This document shows, piece after piece, positions 36,038 to 46,964 of a stretch of DNA of 64,000 bases (the first letter of the stretch is position 1; every line of letters begins with the position of its first letter). This stretch comes from an uncultured Chloroflexia bacterium (GTDB lineage: Bacteria; Chloroflexota; Limnocylindria; Limnocylindrales; CSP1-4), in NCBI GenBank assembly GCA_963810065.1, contig CAWELX010000001.1, positions 142,819 through 206,818 on the forward strand. Direction: 5' to 3'. The notes beneath the pieces were generated by a model. That model was not told the origin of the DNA. It worked only from the letters and a program-made list of their open reading frames with translations, and ran no database searches. The position numbers and the translations under genes are program-made.

Positions 36038-36476
36038 ATGGAAGACCGCGACGGAACGCTGCCGACGGCCTCGGCGGGGTTCGTGGATGGGGACGACGCC
36101 TTCGAGGCGACTGCCGAGCCCGACGAGTTCGACACTGCGCTGACCGCCGCCATCGAGCGGCTGCCGGACGACTACCGGGCCCAGCTGGCGACCGTGGCGA
36201 TCGTGATTGCCGACGAAGCGACCGCCGAGGAGCTGGCGTCGACGGGCGCCCACGGGCTCCTGGGGCTCTACCGCGGCGTTCCCCGCACGGTCCTCGGGGC
36301 CGGGCACGCGACCGTCGCCAGCGTCATCACGCTGTACCGCGGGCCCCCTGGAACGCACCTACCGGACCCCGGCGGCGCTCACCGACGGCGTCGAGGAGAC
36401 GCTCCGCCACGAGGTCGCCCACCACCTGGGCATCTCCGACGCCCGGCTCGGCGAGCTGAAGCGCGGGGCTCGCTGA
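36038..36476 (+). CDS. Zincin-like metallopeptidase family protein (DUF1025-like, HExxH), single-base frameshift at 36354-36358
   Basis: MEDRDGTLPT...LLGLYRGVPRTVLGAGHATVASVITLYRGP then, after one extra C in the CCCCC run, LERTYRTPAALTDGVEETLRHEVAHHLGISDARLGEL. Confidence 0.55.
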
Positions 36477-36617
36477 CGGCGGCCGGCCGAGCGTGGGCGC
36501 CCGCGACACGGGCCGCCCGCCGAGTCGCCACCGCCGGCGACGCCGGTCCCGGGCTGCCGAGCCGTCGCGCCACGGTCCCGGGCCTCCACCCGCCCAGCGA
36601 CGCCGGGCCCGGGCGGC

Positions 36618-36868
36618 CTACCCGCCCGAGATCGCGGGGAGGACGTGGACGACCGCCTCCGGTCCCACCGGCGTCGCCAGGGTGGCCCGCTCGCCGTCCA
36701 CGAAGACGTTGATGTGCTCGCGGATGGCGGGGCCGGCGCCCAGGATCCGATCGGCCAGCCCCGGGATGCGCCGGTCCAGCGCGGCGATGACCTGGCCGAC
36801 GGTGGCGCCCGGCACCGACGTGCGCCGCTCGGCGCCCGGGAAGAGCGCGACGAGCGAGCGGGGCAGGA
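36618..36868 (-). CDS. MoaD/ThiS-family sulfur-carrier-like protein ending in Gly-Gly
   Basis: ...INVFVDGERATLATPVGPEAVVHVLPAISGG*. GTG start about 20 bp after the BNR gene stop. Confidence 0.55.
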
Positions 36869-36889
36869 CGACGGTCGCCACCTGGTCCG

Positions 36890-37966
36890 TCAGTCCTCGA
36901 CGACGAGGGCCTCGACCGACCAGATGCCCGGCAGGTGCGCCGCCACCTGGCCCCAGGTGGCGCCCTCGTCCGGGCTCGCCCACAGCTCGCCGTTGCTGGT
37001 GCCGAAGAAGACCCCGACGGGATCAAGCCGGTCGACGGCCATCGCTTCGCGCAGCACGCCCACGTACGCGTGCTCCTGGGGCAGGCCACCGGCAAGGCGT
37101 GTCCAGGTTGCCCCGCGGTCGCGGGTCCGCCAGACCGCTGCGGCGGCGTCGGGCATGAAGCGGCCGCGGTCGTCGCCGTTGAGCGGGATCACCCACGCGG
37201 TGGCCGGGTCGCGCGGATGGGCGACCATCGGGAAGCCGAATTGCGACGGCAGGCCCGCGGTGATCTCGATCCAGCTCGTCCCGCCGTCGTCGGAGCGGTA
37301 GACGCCACAATGGTTCTGCTGGTAGAGCGTCTCCGGCTCACCGGCCGCGGCGACCAGCTTGTGGACGCAATGGCCGAACTCCGGCGGCGGGCCCGGGACG
37401 AAGTCCGCCCGGACGCCCTTGTTGCGCGTCGCCCACGTGGCCCCGCCGTCGCGCGTCTCGAAGGTCCCGGCGGCGGAGATGCCGACCCACATCCGCCGCG
37501 GATCGTCCACGTGGGGCACGATCGTGTGGAGGATCAGCCCGCCGTTGCCAGGCTCCCACGCGGGCCGCGTCGGATGCTCCGTCAGGCCGGCCACGTGCAA
37601 CCAGGTGGCGCCGTCGTCGTCGCTCCGGAAGAGGCCGGCCGGCTCCACCCCGGCGAAGACGGCCCCGTGGGCCGCGGTCACGTTCCAGACCGACGGGATG
37701 GCCGGACCGTCGTCACCGTACGTCAGGCCCGCCGAGGAGTGGGTCCACGTCGCGCCCAGGTCGTCGGAGCGCCAGACGGCCGGGCCGTACCACGGGCTGC
37801 CGGCCGCGGCGTAGATCGCGCCGGTCGCCGGGTCCACGCTCAGGTCGTGGACGGGCCAACCCTCGCACAGCGGGCCGCGCAGGGTCCAGGTCCGCCGTTC
37901 GGCATCGGACTCGGCGATGAAGGCGCCCTTCCGCGTCCCCACCAGGAGCAGCACCCGCGTCGCCAT
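36890..37966 (-). CDS. BNR/Asp-box repeat protein (sialidase-like beta-propeller; Ycf48-like)
   Basis: Six S/T-x-D-x-G-x-T-W motifs (SDDLGATW, SDDDGATW, TRDGGATW, SDDGGTSW, TRDRGATW, SPDEGATW). SD GGAGGGG before ATG 37966. The 786-aa track ORF 36890..39250 is an artificial fusion. Confidence 0.7.
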   Translation of the reverse strand: MATRVLLLVGTRKGAFIAESDAERRTWTLRGPLCEGWPVHDLSVDPATGAIYAAAGSPWYGPAVWRSDDLGATWTHSSAGLTYGDDGPAIPSVWNVTAAHGAVFAGVEPAGLFRSDDDGATWLHVAGLTEHPTRPAWEPGNGGLILHTIVPHVDDPRRMWVGISAAGTFETRDGGATWATRNKGVRADFVPGPPPEFGHCVHKLVAAAGEPETLYQQNHCGVYRSDDGGTSWIEITAGLPSQFGFPMVAHPRDPATAWVIPLNGDDRGRFMPDAAAAVWRTRDRGATWTRLAGGLPQEHAYVGVLREAMAVDRLDPVGVFFGTSNGELWASPDEGATWGQVAAHLPGIWSVEALVVED

Positions 37967-38112
37967 GGTCCATCCCCTCCCCCGCCGGCTCGGCATCATC
38001 CCGTGCCGGCGCCATGGTGCCACGCCCCGCGCGGTGCGGCGACCGCGACCGGACGCCGGCGGTGGCGGCGTGGACCCCGGCGACCGCCGCGGACCCCCCG
38101 GGTGGTCGTGCG

Positions 38113-39048
38113 TCAGCCGTACGAAGCGATCGCGTCGACGAGAAGGTCGACGAAGCGCGCCCGGTCGATGTCCACGCCGGCCTCGACGTTGGGCGGGAGC
38201 CCCCGCAGGCCCTCCGGGTCGGCCACCGTGCGCCCCCGGGTCAGCTCGCCCCGGGTCTCGACGTCGACGCGCAGCAGGCGCGTGGTCACGAGCCCCGGCA
38301 CGGCCAGGTGGGCCACGGCCACGGCGTCGTGGATCGGCGAGCCGTCCCAGCCGTAGCGCCCGCGGTGGTAGATGGCGAAGAAGCGCAGGAGGTCCACCCA
38401 GACGCGGGCGACCCGCGTCCCCAGCGCCTCGAGGCGGGCCACGTCGGACTCCAGGAACAGAGCCCGATGCGTGACGTCGAGGCCCATCATGGAGATCGGG
38501 ATCCCGCTGCCGAAGACGATCGCCGCGGCCTCCGGGTCCTGCCAGATGTTGAACTCGGCGGACGCCGTGGTGTTCCCCTCCCCCAGCGAGCCGCCCATCA
38601 GGCAGATCCGTGCGATCCCCTCGCGGATGCGCGGGCGCGCGCGCACGAGCAGCGCGACGTTGGTCAGCGGCCCGGTGGCGACGAGGGTCACCGGGCGCCC
38701 GGCGGCCGCGACCAGCGCCTCGGTGAGGGCCATGGCCCCCTCGGGCCGCGGCGCCGCCTCGGGCTCCGGCAGGTCGGCGCCGTCGAGGCCGCTTTCCCCG
38801 TGGAACTCCACCGGGGTCCAGCTCTCGCGCAGGAGCGCCCGCTCGGCGCCCGCGGCGACCGGCACGTCGTTGCGACCCAGCAACGCCAGGACACGCAGCG
38901 CGTTGCGGGTGGTGTTCGCCAGGGGGGAGTTGCCCCCGACCGTCGTGATCCCCAGGACCTCCAGCTCGGGGCGCGCCAGGGCGAGCGTGATCGCCAGGGC
39001 GTCGTCGTGGCCGGGGTCGCAATCGAGGACGATCTGACGCCGCTGCAT
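38113..39048 (-). CDS. Inosine-uridine-preferring nucleoside hydrolase
   Basis: N-terminal DCDPGHDDALAI aspartate cluster. Confidence 0.8.
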   Translation of the reverse strand: MQRRQIVLDCDPGHDDALAITLALARPELEVLGITTVGGNSPLANTTRNALRVLALLGRNDVPVAAGAERALLRESWTPVEFHGESGLDGADLPEPEAAPRPEGAMALTEALVAAAGRPVTLVATGPLTNVALLVRARPRIREGIARICLMGGSLGEGNTTASAEFNIWQDPEAAAIVFGSGIPISMMGLDVTHRALFLESDVARLEALGTRVARVWVDLLRFFAIYHRGRYGWDGSPIHDAVAVAHLAVPGLVTTRLLRVDVETRGELTRGRTVADPEGLRGLPPNVEAGVDIDRARFVDLLVDAIASYG

Positions 39049-39171
39049 GCGCCGGAGTATGCGTCAGGCGTATCGCGTTGGGGTAGCATGACGGGAGTGC
39101 CCGCCGGCACTCGGAGGAGACCATGATCGGCGGGCGTGGACGTGAGCCTCGCGGGTTCACCAGGAGGAAAC

Positions 39172-40364
39172 ATGCAGAAACGAGCCGGGCTGGGCCTGAT
39201 CGCGGGCCTGGCCATCGTCGTCGCCGCCTGCGGCGGCGCCGCCACCGCAAGCCCCGCCGCGTCGGTTGCTCCGTCGGTCGCTCCGTCGGTTGCTCCGTCG
39301 GTCGCTCCGTCGGTCGAGCCCACGGCCGCTCCGCCGCAGTCCGATCTGAAGATCGGCGTCGTCACGGACATCGGCACCCTGAACGACAAGAACTACAACG
39401 AGTACAGCTTCAAGGGCGCGAGCGAGGGCGCCGCAGCGATCGGTGCTGCCACCCCGTCGTCGATCGTCCCGAAGGACCAGTCGGAGTACGCCGCCGACAT
39501 CCAGAGCTTCATCGACCAGAAGTACGACATCATCGTGACGGTCGGGTTCAACCTGACGAACGACACGGTGAACGCGGCAAAGGCGAACCCGGCGACCAAG
39601 TTCATCGGCGTCGACCAGTCGCCGATCTGCGTGACCCCGGAAGGCGCGCCCGACACCAAGTTCGAGTGCAAGGGTGACGCCAAGACCCTGCTCCCGAACT
39701 ACCAGTCGATCTACTACGCCGAGGACCAGGCGGGCTACCTGGCCGGCATCGTGGCGGCCTACGCCTCGAAGAACAACGTGATCGGCGCCATCGGCGGCAC
39801 GACCCTCTGCGCCCCGTGCGTCCGCTACATCCAGGGCTACGAGCTCGGGGCCAAGTCGGTCAAGCCGGACATCCAGGTCAAGACGGCCTACGTCACCGAA
39901 CGACTTCTCCGCGGCCGCGTTCAACGACCCGGCGGGCGGCAAGGCGTTCGGCGAGACCTTCATCAAGACCAACAAGCCGGACGTCCTCTTCCAGGTCGCC
40001 GGCAAGACCGGCAACGGCGTCCTCGAGGCCGCCTGCGCCGCTGACCTGTACGGCGTCGGCGTCGACGTCGACCAGTGGATCTCCCTCGGCGCGCCAGCGA
40101 ACAAGTGCGTCATCACGAGCGCCGAGAAGAAGCTCGTCAACTCGGTCTCCGCGGCGGTCAAGTCGGTCGCCGACGGGACCTTCGCACCCGGCGACTCGCT
40201 GTACGACGCCAACAACGACGGCATCGGCGTCGCGCCGTTCCACGACTTCGAAGGCACCTTCGGCCCCGAGGTCCAGCAGGCGCTCGACACCGCGTTTGCC
40301 GCGATGAAGGCCGGCACGCTCGACCACGTGTCCCGCGGATTCCTGCGGCAAGCACACGCCCTAA
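39172..40364 (+). pseudogene. BMP-family (PnrA-like, nucleoside-binding) ABC substrate-binding lipoprotein with two frameshifts (~39899, ~40325)
   Basis: SD CAGGAGGAAA. Lipobox VVAACGG. Frame switches after ...KTAYVT (one extra base) to DFSAAAFNDPAGGKAFGETFIKTNKPDVLFQVAGKTGNG..., and again before [12 protein letters not shown]. Confidence 0.65.
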
Positions 40365-40454
40365 CGCCCAGCGTCATCCAGAACGGCGAACGAGCGGGCC
40401 GGCACGGCCGGCCCGTTCGCTACCCGTTCGGCCGCCCACGCCGGAGAACGCCGC

Positions 40455-42020
40455 GATGACTGACCAGCCAGCCACCGTGCACGCCCCTGCGCTCGAGATG
40501 CGAGGGATCACCAAGCGCTACCCGGGAGTCGTGGCCAACGACAGCGATCGACCTCGAGGTCCGGCCCGGCGAGATCCACGCCCTGCTCGGCGAGAACGGC
40601 GCCGGCAAGACGACGCTCATGAACATCCTCTACGGCCTCGCCCGTCCGGACGAGGGCCAGATCCTGCTCGACGGCCAGCCCGTCGACGATCAGTCGGCCC
40701 GTCGGACGCGATCGCCCGCGGCATCAACATGGTCCACCAGCACTTCATGCTGGTCCCGGTGCTCACCGTCGCCGAGAACATCCTGCTCGGCGAGGAGACG
40801 ATGGCCGAACCCGGTCTTCCTCGACCGACGCGAGGCCCACCAGCGGATCGCCGAGCTGGGCCGGCGGTTCGGCTTCGAGATCGACCCCGACGCGAAGGTC
40901 GGGTCGCTGTCGGTCGGCTGGCAGCAGCGCGTGGAGATCCTGAAGGCGCTCTACCGCAACGCCCGGATCCTCGTCCTCGACGAGCCGACGGCCGTGCTGA
41001 CGCCCCAGGAGACCGAGGAGATCTTCGCCGTCCTGCGGCGCCTTGCCAGCGAAGGGCCACTCCATCGTCTTCATCAGCCACAAGCTCTACGAGGTGCTGG
41101 AGATCGCCGACCGGATCACGGTCATCCGCCGCGGCCGGGTGGTGGGCCAGCGGCTCCCGGCCGAGACGAACGAGGAGGACCTCGCCGAGCTGATGGTCGG
41201 GCGCGAGGTCCAGCTGACCGTGGATCGTGGCGAGTCGCATCCGGCCGGGCCGTCCTCCGGGTCTCGGGCCTCGAGGCGAGCGACGATCGCGGCAACCCGA
41301 TGCGTCCGGGGCGTCGAGCTCGAGGTCCGGGCCGGCGAGATCCTCGGCATCGCCGGCGTCGCCGGGAACGGCCAGGACGAGCTCGTCGAGGCGATCATCG
41401 GGCTGCGCAAGCCGACGGCGGGGACGGTCACGCTCGATCGGGAAGGACGTCACCGGGCTCTCGCCCACGGGCGATCGAACGAGGCCCAGGTGGCATACGT
41501 GCCGGCCGACCGCCACCGGTTTGGGCTGATCCTCTCCTTCCCCCTGTCCGACAACCTCGTCCTGACGAGCTATCACCGCCCGCCGTTCTCGCGCGGCATC
41601 CTGCGCAACGACGCGGCGATCGAGCGCGATGCCGCCGCCGCCGATCGAGAAGTTCGACATCCGGACGCCGTCGCCGACCGTCAAGGCGAGCACGCTGTCG
41701 GGCGGCAACCAACAGAAGGCGGTCGTGGCGCGGGAGTTCGACCGGGACCTCAAGCTCCTCGTCCTGGACCAGCCGACCCGGGGCCTCGACGTCGGCAGCA
41801 TCGAGTTCATCCACCGCCAGATCATCGCGAAACGCGATGCCGGGGCGGCGAGTGCTGCTCGTCTCCGCGGAGCTCGACGAGGTGCTGGAGCTGTCCGATC
41901 GGATCGCCGTGATGTTCCGGGGCGGATCGTCGCCGTGCTCGACGGACGACCGCCGACAAGAACGAGGTCGGCCTCCTGATGGCGACGGGCGGCCTCGACC
42001 GTGGCGGAAGTCCAGCCGCA
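40455..42020 (+). pseudogene. Nucleoside/sugar ABC transporter ATP-binding protein (tandem ATPase domains) with 10 or more frameshifts
   Basis: Conserved peptides [123 protein letters not shown] and [34 protein letters not shown] alternate among all three frames. ATGA overlap with the BMP stop. End coordinate is approximate. Confidence 0.7.
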
Positions 42021-42149
42021 GATCGTGGAGGCCGCCGATCGGCGCGACGCCGACCCCGGCACGACTCCCGCGACGACCGGCGGCCGACCAGCGCCGGATG
42101 ATCGGTCACCGGTGCCGCGGCCACGTCGTCGGGCGACCGCCGCCCCGGA

Positions 42150-43272
42150 GCCGGAGCCACCCGCCGCCTCACGTGGCGTGCGGTCTGGGCCACCGTCGCG
42201 GTGCCGCTCGTCGTGATCGTCGGCTCCCTGCTGCTCGGCGATCGTGATCCTCGTCTCCCAGCTGCTCGTCCCCGACGAGGCGTTCGACCCTGGCTCTGGG
42301 GACGGCCTACTCGGCCCTGCTCCAGGGTGCCATCGGGAACCCGGATGCCATCGTCCTCACCCTCGTCAACGCCACGCCGCTGATCCTGGGTGGCCTGGCC
42401 GTCGGGTTCGGCTTCAAGGCCGGCCTCTTCAACATCGGCGCCCAGGGGCAGTTCCTCGTCGGCGCGATCGGCTCCGTGGTCGTCGGTGTCTCGGTGGCCG
42501 AGTCGTCGCCGATCCTCGGCGATCCCCTTGCCACGCTCGCCGGCGTCGCCGCCGGCGCGGCCTGGGCTTCGTCCCCGGCTTCCTGAAGGCCACTGCAGGC
42601 GCCCACGAGGTCGTCAGCACCATCATGATGAACTACATCGCCGTCCAGACGCTGGCGATGCTGGTGAGCGGGCCGCTCAAGGTCCCCGGCTCGCCCCAGC
42701 CGATCACGTACGACGTCGGCAACGCTGCCTTCCCGATCATCATCGGACGCAACGGACACATCGGGATCGTGATCGCGCTCCTCGCGGCGGTCTTTGTCTG
42801 GTGGATCCTCTATCGGACGACGTGGGGCTTCGAGGTCCGAGCGGTCGGCGCGAACCCCGATGCCTCCCGGTACGCCGGCATCCGGCCACGACTCGTCATC
42901 GTCGCCACGATGTCCTTCAGCGGGGCGCTCGCCGGCCTGGCCGGCGCCTGCGTCCTCCTCGGCGTCAACCACACGATGACCTCGAGCTTCGGGACGACGG
43001 TCGGGTTCGACTCGATCGCGGTCGCCCTCCTCGCCCGCTCGAACCCGATCGGCATCATCTTCACGGCGCTCCTCTTCGGGGCGATGCGGGCCGGGGCCGG
43101 CCTCATGCAGATCCAGGCTCAGATCCCCGTGGAGCTCGTCGACGTCCTCCAGGCGACGATCCTGCTCCTCCTGGTGGCGAGCCCGGTCATCCGCCGGGCT
43201 ACGGGCGTCGACGACCCGGGCGCCGGGAGCCCGGCCGGCCGCGCGGCCGTTCACCGCGGGAGCGGGCGTCTG
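42150..43272 (+). pseudogene. ABC transporter permease 1 (BMP-associated), 3 or more frameshifts in the N-terminal third; boundaries approximate
   Basis: LVVIVGSLLLG / ALLQGAIGNPDAIVLTLVNATPLILGGLAVGFGFKAGLFNIGAQGQFLVGAIG / FVPGFLKATAGAHEVVSTIMMNYIAVQTL lie in different frames. Confidence 0.55.
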
Positions 43273-44358
43273 ATGGACGTCACGCCGGTAGTCGACGCGC
43301 TGTACGCCATCCCGATCGTCGGGGTGCTCTTCCAGCTGGCCGGGTACCTCGTCGCCGTGATCCCGCCCAACGCGCCGAACATCCTGACGCAGGCGACGCC
43401 GCTGGCGCTCGCTGCCCTGACCGGGGTCGTCTGCGAACGGTCGGGCGTGGTGAACATCGGGATCGAGGGCACGATGCTCATGGCGGCCTTCGCCGCGTGG
43501 GTCGTCGGTGTCGCGGTCAACCCGATGTTCGGGAGCCCGGCGCCGGGCGACATCTTCGGGATCACGATCCCGCTGCTCATCGCCCTCCTGGCCGGGGTCC
43601 TGACCGCAATCCTGGTCTCGGGGCTCCACGCCTGGCTGTCGATCTCGCTCCGAGCGGACCAGATCATCAGCGGCACCATCATCAACATCCTGGCGTTCGG
43701 GATCACCGGGTACCTCACCCAGCTCATCTCGAAATCGTCGCCAGCCGGGGCGGGCTCGTTCGCGCGCTTCGATCCACCGCAGTTCCTCGTGGACCTGCCT
43801 GTCGTCGGCTGGATCTTCGACATGTTCCTCAACCAGGGACCGATCACGCTCGCGGCGCTGATCCTCATCGTCGGGACCCAGATCTGGCTCTTCCGCTCGC
43901 GCTGGGGCCTGCGGACGCGGGCCGTCGGCGAGCACCCGCGGGCGGCGGAGACGGTGGGCATCGACGTGATCCGGCTGCGCTACAAGAACGTGCTGCTCGG
44001 CGGTGTGTTCGCCGGCCTGGCCGGAGCGTTCCTCTCGATCGAGGCGACGAACTCATTCCAGATCGGAATGACCAACGGGCGGGGCTTCATCGCCCTTGCC
44101 GCGATGATCATGGGACGGTGGACCCCGATCGGGGCCTTTGCCTCGACGCTCCTGTTCGCCTTCTTCCTGCAGCTGAGCCAGGTGATCAAGATCGCGCCGC
44201 CGAGCGGCGACCTTGGGTCGGCAATGAGCCAGCTCCCGGCCCAGGTGTTCGACGCCCTCCCCTACATCCTGACGATCGTCGTCCTGGCCGGTGTCGTCGG
44301 ACGGAGCATCCCGCCGGCGGCAGACGGGCAGCCCTACGAGCGAGAGTCCGCGACCTAG
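43273..44358 (+). CDS. ABC transporter permease 2 (BMP-associated)
   Basis: ATG at 43273. Ten hydrophobic segments. Appears intact. Confidence 0.7.
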   Translation: MDVTPVVDALYAIPIVGVLFQLAGYLVAVIPPNAPNILTQATPLALAALTGVVCERSGVVNIGIEGTMLMAAFAAWVVGVAVNPMFGSPAPGDIFGITIPLLIALLAGVLTAILVSGLHAWLSISLRADQIISGTIINILAFGITGYLTQLISKSSPAGAGSFARFDPPQFLVDLPVVGWIFDMFLNQGPITLAALILIVGTQIWLFRSRWGLRTRAVGEHPRAAETVGIDVIRLRYKNVLLGGVFAGLAGAFLSIEATNSFQIGMTNGRGFIALAAMIMGRWTPIGAFASTLLFAFFLQLSQVIKIAPPSGDLGSAMSQLPAQVFDALPYILTIVVLAGVVGRSIPPAADGQPYERESAT

Positions 44359-45623
44359 TGCCGACGCCGGTCCCGCGGGCGGCGATCACTGCCGGGCTCG
44401 ATCCCGGCCTGCCGGCGGCGCTCGGCTACCTGCCGTCGGAACTGGCGTTCATCGGCGACCCGTACCCGGCGTTCGCGCGCCTCCGCGAGGCGGCGCCGGT
44501 CGCGTTCGACGCGGCGACGAACCAGTGGCTCGTGGCGCGCCACGCAGACGTCAGCGCGCTGCTGCGGGATCGGCGCCTGGGCCGCTCCTACGGCCACGTG
44601 GCCACCGACAAGGAGTTCGGTCGGACGCCGCCGCCGGCGTGGCAGGCTCCCTTCACGGAGTCGCAGCTGGCCCAGCTCATCGACATGGAACCGCCCGATC
44701 ACACCCGCCTGCGGCGCCTGGTCAGCACCGCGTTCACCCCGCGCACCGTCGAGGGGATGCGGCCGTTGATCGGCGAGATCGTGGACGAGCTGGTGGGCGC
44801 GGCGGCGGGCCGCGGCACGTTCGACCTCCTGGCCGACGTCATCGAGCCGCTGCCCGTCACGGTGATCGCCGCCATGCTGGGCATCCCCGCGTCGGATCGC
44901 CACCTGCTGCGCCCGTGGTCGGCGGACATGACGATGATGTTCGAGCTCGACGCGACGGAGGCCGACCAGCGCCGGGCCGTGCAGGCGACGGTGGAGTTCA
45001 CGGCCTACGTGCGGGACCTGGTCCGGGCGCGCCGCGCGGCGCCCGCGAGCGACCTGCTCAGCGAGCTGGTGGGCGTGGCGGAGGGCTCGGACCGGCTCAC
45101 CGAGGACGAGCTGATCGGGACGGCGATCCTGCTCCTCAACGCCGGCCACGAGGCGTCGGTGAACGGGGCCGGCAATGCCTGGCGAACGCTCTTCCTCCAT
45201 CCCGAGGCCCTCGCACGGCTGCGGGCGGACGCGACGCTCGTGGCAAGCGCCGTCGAGGAGCTGCTCCGCTTCGACACGCCGGCGCCCATGTTCGAGCGCT
45301 GGGTTCTCGACGAGATCGAGGTCCAGGGGGTGCGCATCCCTCGCGGGCAGGAGGTGGCGCTCCTCTTCGCGTCGGCGAACCGCGACGAGGCGGCATTCCC
45401 CAATGCCGACGCCGTGCACCTCGATCGCAGTCCCAACCCGCACCTGACGTTCGGCGCCGGCATCCACTTCTGCCTTGGGGCGCCCCTCGCCCGCCTGGAG
45501 CTGCAGGTCCTGTTCCGGGCGATCGTCGAGCGGATGCCGACGCTGGAGCTGACGGCCGAGCCGGTGTTCAAGCCACGCTTCATCCTGCGCGGCGTGGAGG
45601 CGCTGCCGGTCCGGCTGCGCTGA
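44358..45623 (+). CDS. Cytochrome P450
   Basis: Heme-binding FGAGIHFCLGAPLAR. ExxR motif (EELLRFD). GTG start overlaps the permease stop (TAGTG). Confidence 0.85.
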   Translation: MPTPVPRAAITAGLDPGLPAALGYLPSELAFIGDPYPAFARLREAAPVAFDAATNQWLVARHADVSALLRDRRLGRSYGHVATDKEFGRTPPPAWQAPFTESQLAQLIDMEPPDHTRLRRLVSTAFTPRTVEGMRPLIGEIVDELVGAAAGRGTFDLLADVIEPLPVTVIAAMLGIPASDRHLLRPWSADMTMMFELDATEADQRRAVQATVEFTAYVRDLVRARRAAPASDLLSELVGVAEGSDRLTEDELIGTAILLLNAGHEASVNGAGNAWRTLFLHPEALARLRADATLVASAVEELLRFDTPAPMFERWVLDEIEVQGVRIPRGQEVALLFASANRDEAAFPNADAVHLDRSPNPHLTFGAGIHFCLGAPLARLELQVLFRAIVERMPTLELTAEPVFKPRFILRGVEALPVRLR

Positions 45624-45678
45624 GGCGGCCCCGAGACCGCGCTGAGGCGGCGCCGGGGCGGGCGGGGTCGCCCGGGGG

Positions 45679-46836
45679 TCAGGCTCGGATCGGGTAGCGA
45701 CCCACCTTCATCGCCTCGTCCACCATCGCCAGCACGTTCTCGGGCGGAACCTCGTTCATGATCGTGTGGACGGCGGCCAGCAGGTAGCCGCCGCCCGGCG
45801 CCAGCGCACCGATCACCCGGCGCACCTCGGCCCGGACCTCGTCGGGCGTGCCGTCGGGCAGGACCCGCTTCGTGTCGATCGCTCCGCAGAACGTCAGTCG
45901 CTCGCCGTAGCGGCGCTTGAGGGCCCCGAGATCGGCCAGGCCGCCCGTCGACGTCTGGACCGGGTTGAGGATGTCGACGCCGATGTCGACGAAGTCGTCG
46001 AGCAGGGCCGACACGTCGCCGCAGGAGTGGAAGAAGACCTTGGCCCGGGTGCGCTCCCGGATGAAGGCGATGTACTCGGCGTGGATCGGCTTGAGGATGC
46101 GCCGGTACATGGCGGGCGACATGAGCAGGCTCTGCTCGGTCCCCAGGTCGTCGCCGATCTTGACGATGTCGACGTTCGGCCCGAGGGCGTCCAGGAAGTG
46201 CCCCATCAGGCGCATGCACAGGGCGGCGATGCGGCGCAGGAGCGCCTCCGCGAACTCCGGCTCCAGGGCCAGGTTCGTCAGGAAGCTGTCCAGGCCCTGC
46301 ATGGCGTAGGCGCGCTCGAGGGGGAACAGGAGCCAGGGCGTGGCCATGACCGCGAAGTCGCTCTCGGCCCGGATGCGGGCCGCCGCCTCGCGGACGTGGG
46401 CCACCCGGGACGGGTCGTCCATGTCCGGCCACGGGTACGCCTCGATCGCGTCGAGCGTCGCCGCGTCCGCCATCGGGTGGATCTCGGGGAACCAGGCGCC
46501 GTCATCGAGCTCCACCTGGCCGGTGCCCCAGTCGTCGATGAACGGGGCGTGGGGCGGTCGGCTGCCATGGCGCTCCCGCAGCCACGCCGGGAACGCGTCG
46601 AAGACCGGCCGAACGTCCGTCCCGAGGCGCTCGAGGATCGCCTCCGTGGGGAGCGCGGTGCCCAGCTCCGGCCAGTCGTAGATGTACCGGTCGCCGGGCT
46701 CCAGGCCCAGGCTGGCGGCCAGCCGGCGGTACGGGAGGGCCTTGATCCCGGTGGCGTTGCTGACGCCGACGATGATCGGCACGCGATCCGGCTCGCGGTG
46801 CTCGAGGGTCGTCAGGACGCGCTCCCTCGGAGTCAT
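45679..46836 (-). CDS. Uroporphyrinogen decarboxylase (URO-D)-like / methyltransferase MtaA-CmuA family protein
   Basis: MTPRERVLTTLEHREPDRVPI... has URO-D-like fold signatures. SD GGGAGGTGG. Confidence 0.7.
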   Translation of the reverse strand: MTPRERVLTTLEHREPDRVPIIVGVSNATGIKALPYRRLAASLGLEPGDRYIYDWPELGTALPTEAILERLGTDVRPVFDAFPAWLRERHGSRPPHAPFIDDWGTGQVELDDGAWFPEIHPMADAATLDAIEAYPWPDMDDPSRVAHVREAAARIRAESDFAVMATPWLLFPLERAYAMQGLDSFLTNLALEPEFAEALLRRIAALCMRLMGHFLDALGPNVDIVKIGDDLGTEQSLLMSPAMYRRILKPIHAEYIAFIRERTRAKVFFHSCGDVSALLDDFVDIGVDILNPVQTSTGGLADLGALKRRYGERLTFCGAIDTKRVLPDGTPDEVRAEVRRVIGALAPGGGYLLAAVHTIMNEVPPENVLAMVDEAMKVGRYPIRA

Positions 46837-46964
46837 TGCCACGAGACCACCTCCCTGCGCTCGCGATCCTGCGTGCTCGCCGGTAGTATGGGTGATCGAA
46901 CCGTGGCTCGGCGACCGGCCGACCGGGGCCGGAGCGGGCACGGCACGGGAGTCACGCCGGTCGC

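Noticed and set aside
34256-36358. 700-aa minus-strand ORF
   Set aside because: Spans the antisense of the PadR gene and runs across the esterase and into the zincin-like peptidase locus. Compositionally aberrant and has no motifs. The real genes are padR (+), the esterase (-, different frame) and the zincin-like peptidase (+).
36890-39250. 786-aa single protein
   Set aside because: It is an in-frame run-through of two separate genes, the BNR-repeat protein (own SD/ATG at 37966) and, in another frame, the nucleoside hydrolase (38113..39048). The N-terminal 430 aa are poly-Arg/Gly nonsense.
42390-45623. 1077-aa ORF
   Set aside because: Out-of-frame read-through of the two ABC permeases, joined in-frame to the genuine cytochrome P450. 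Only the last 421 aa (from GTG 44358) are real in this frame.
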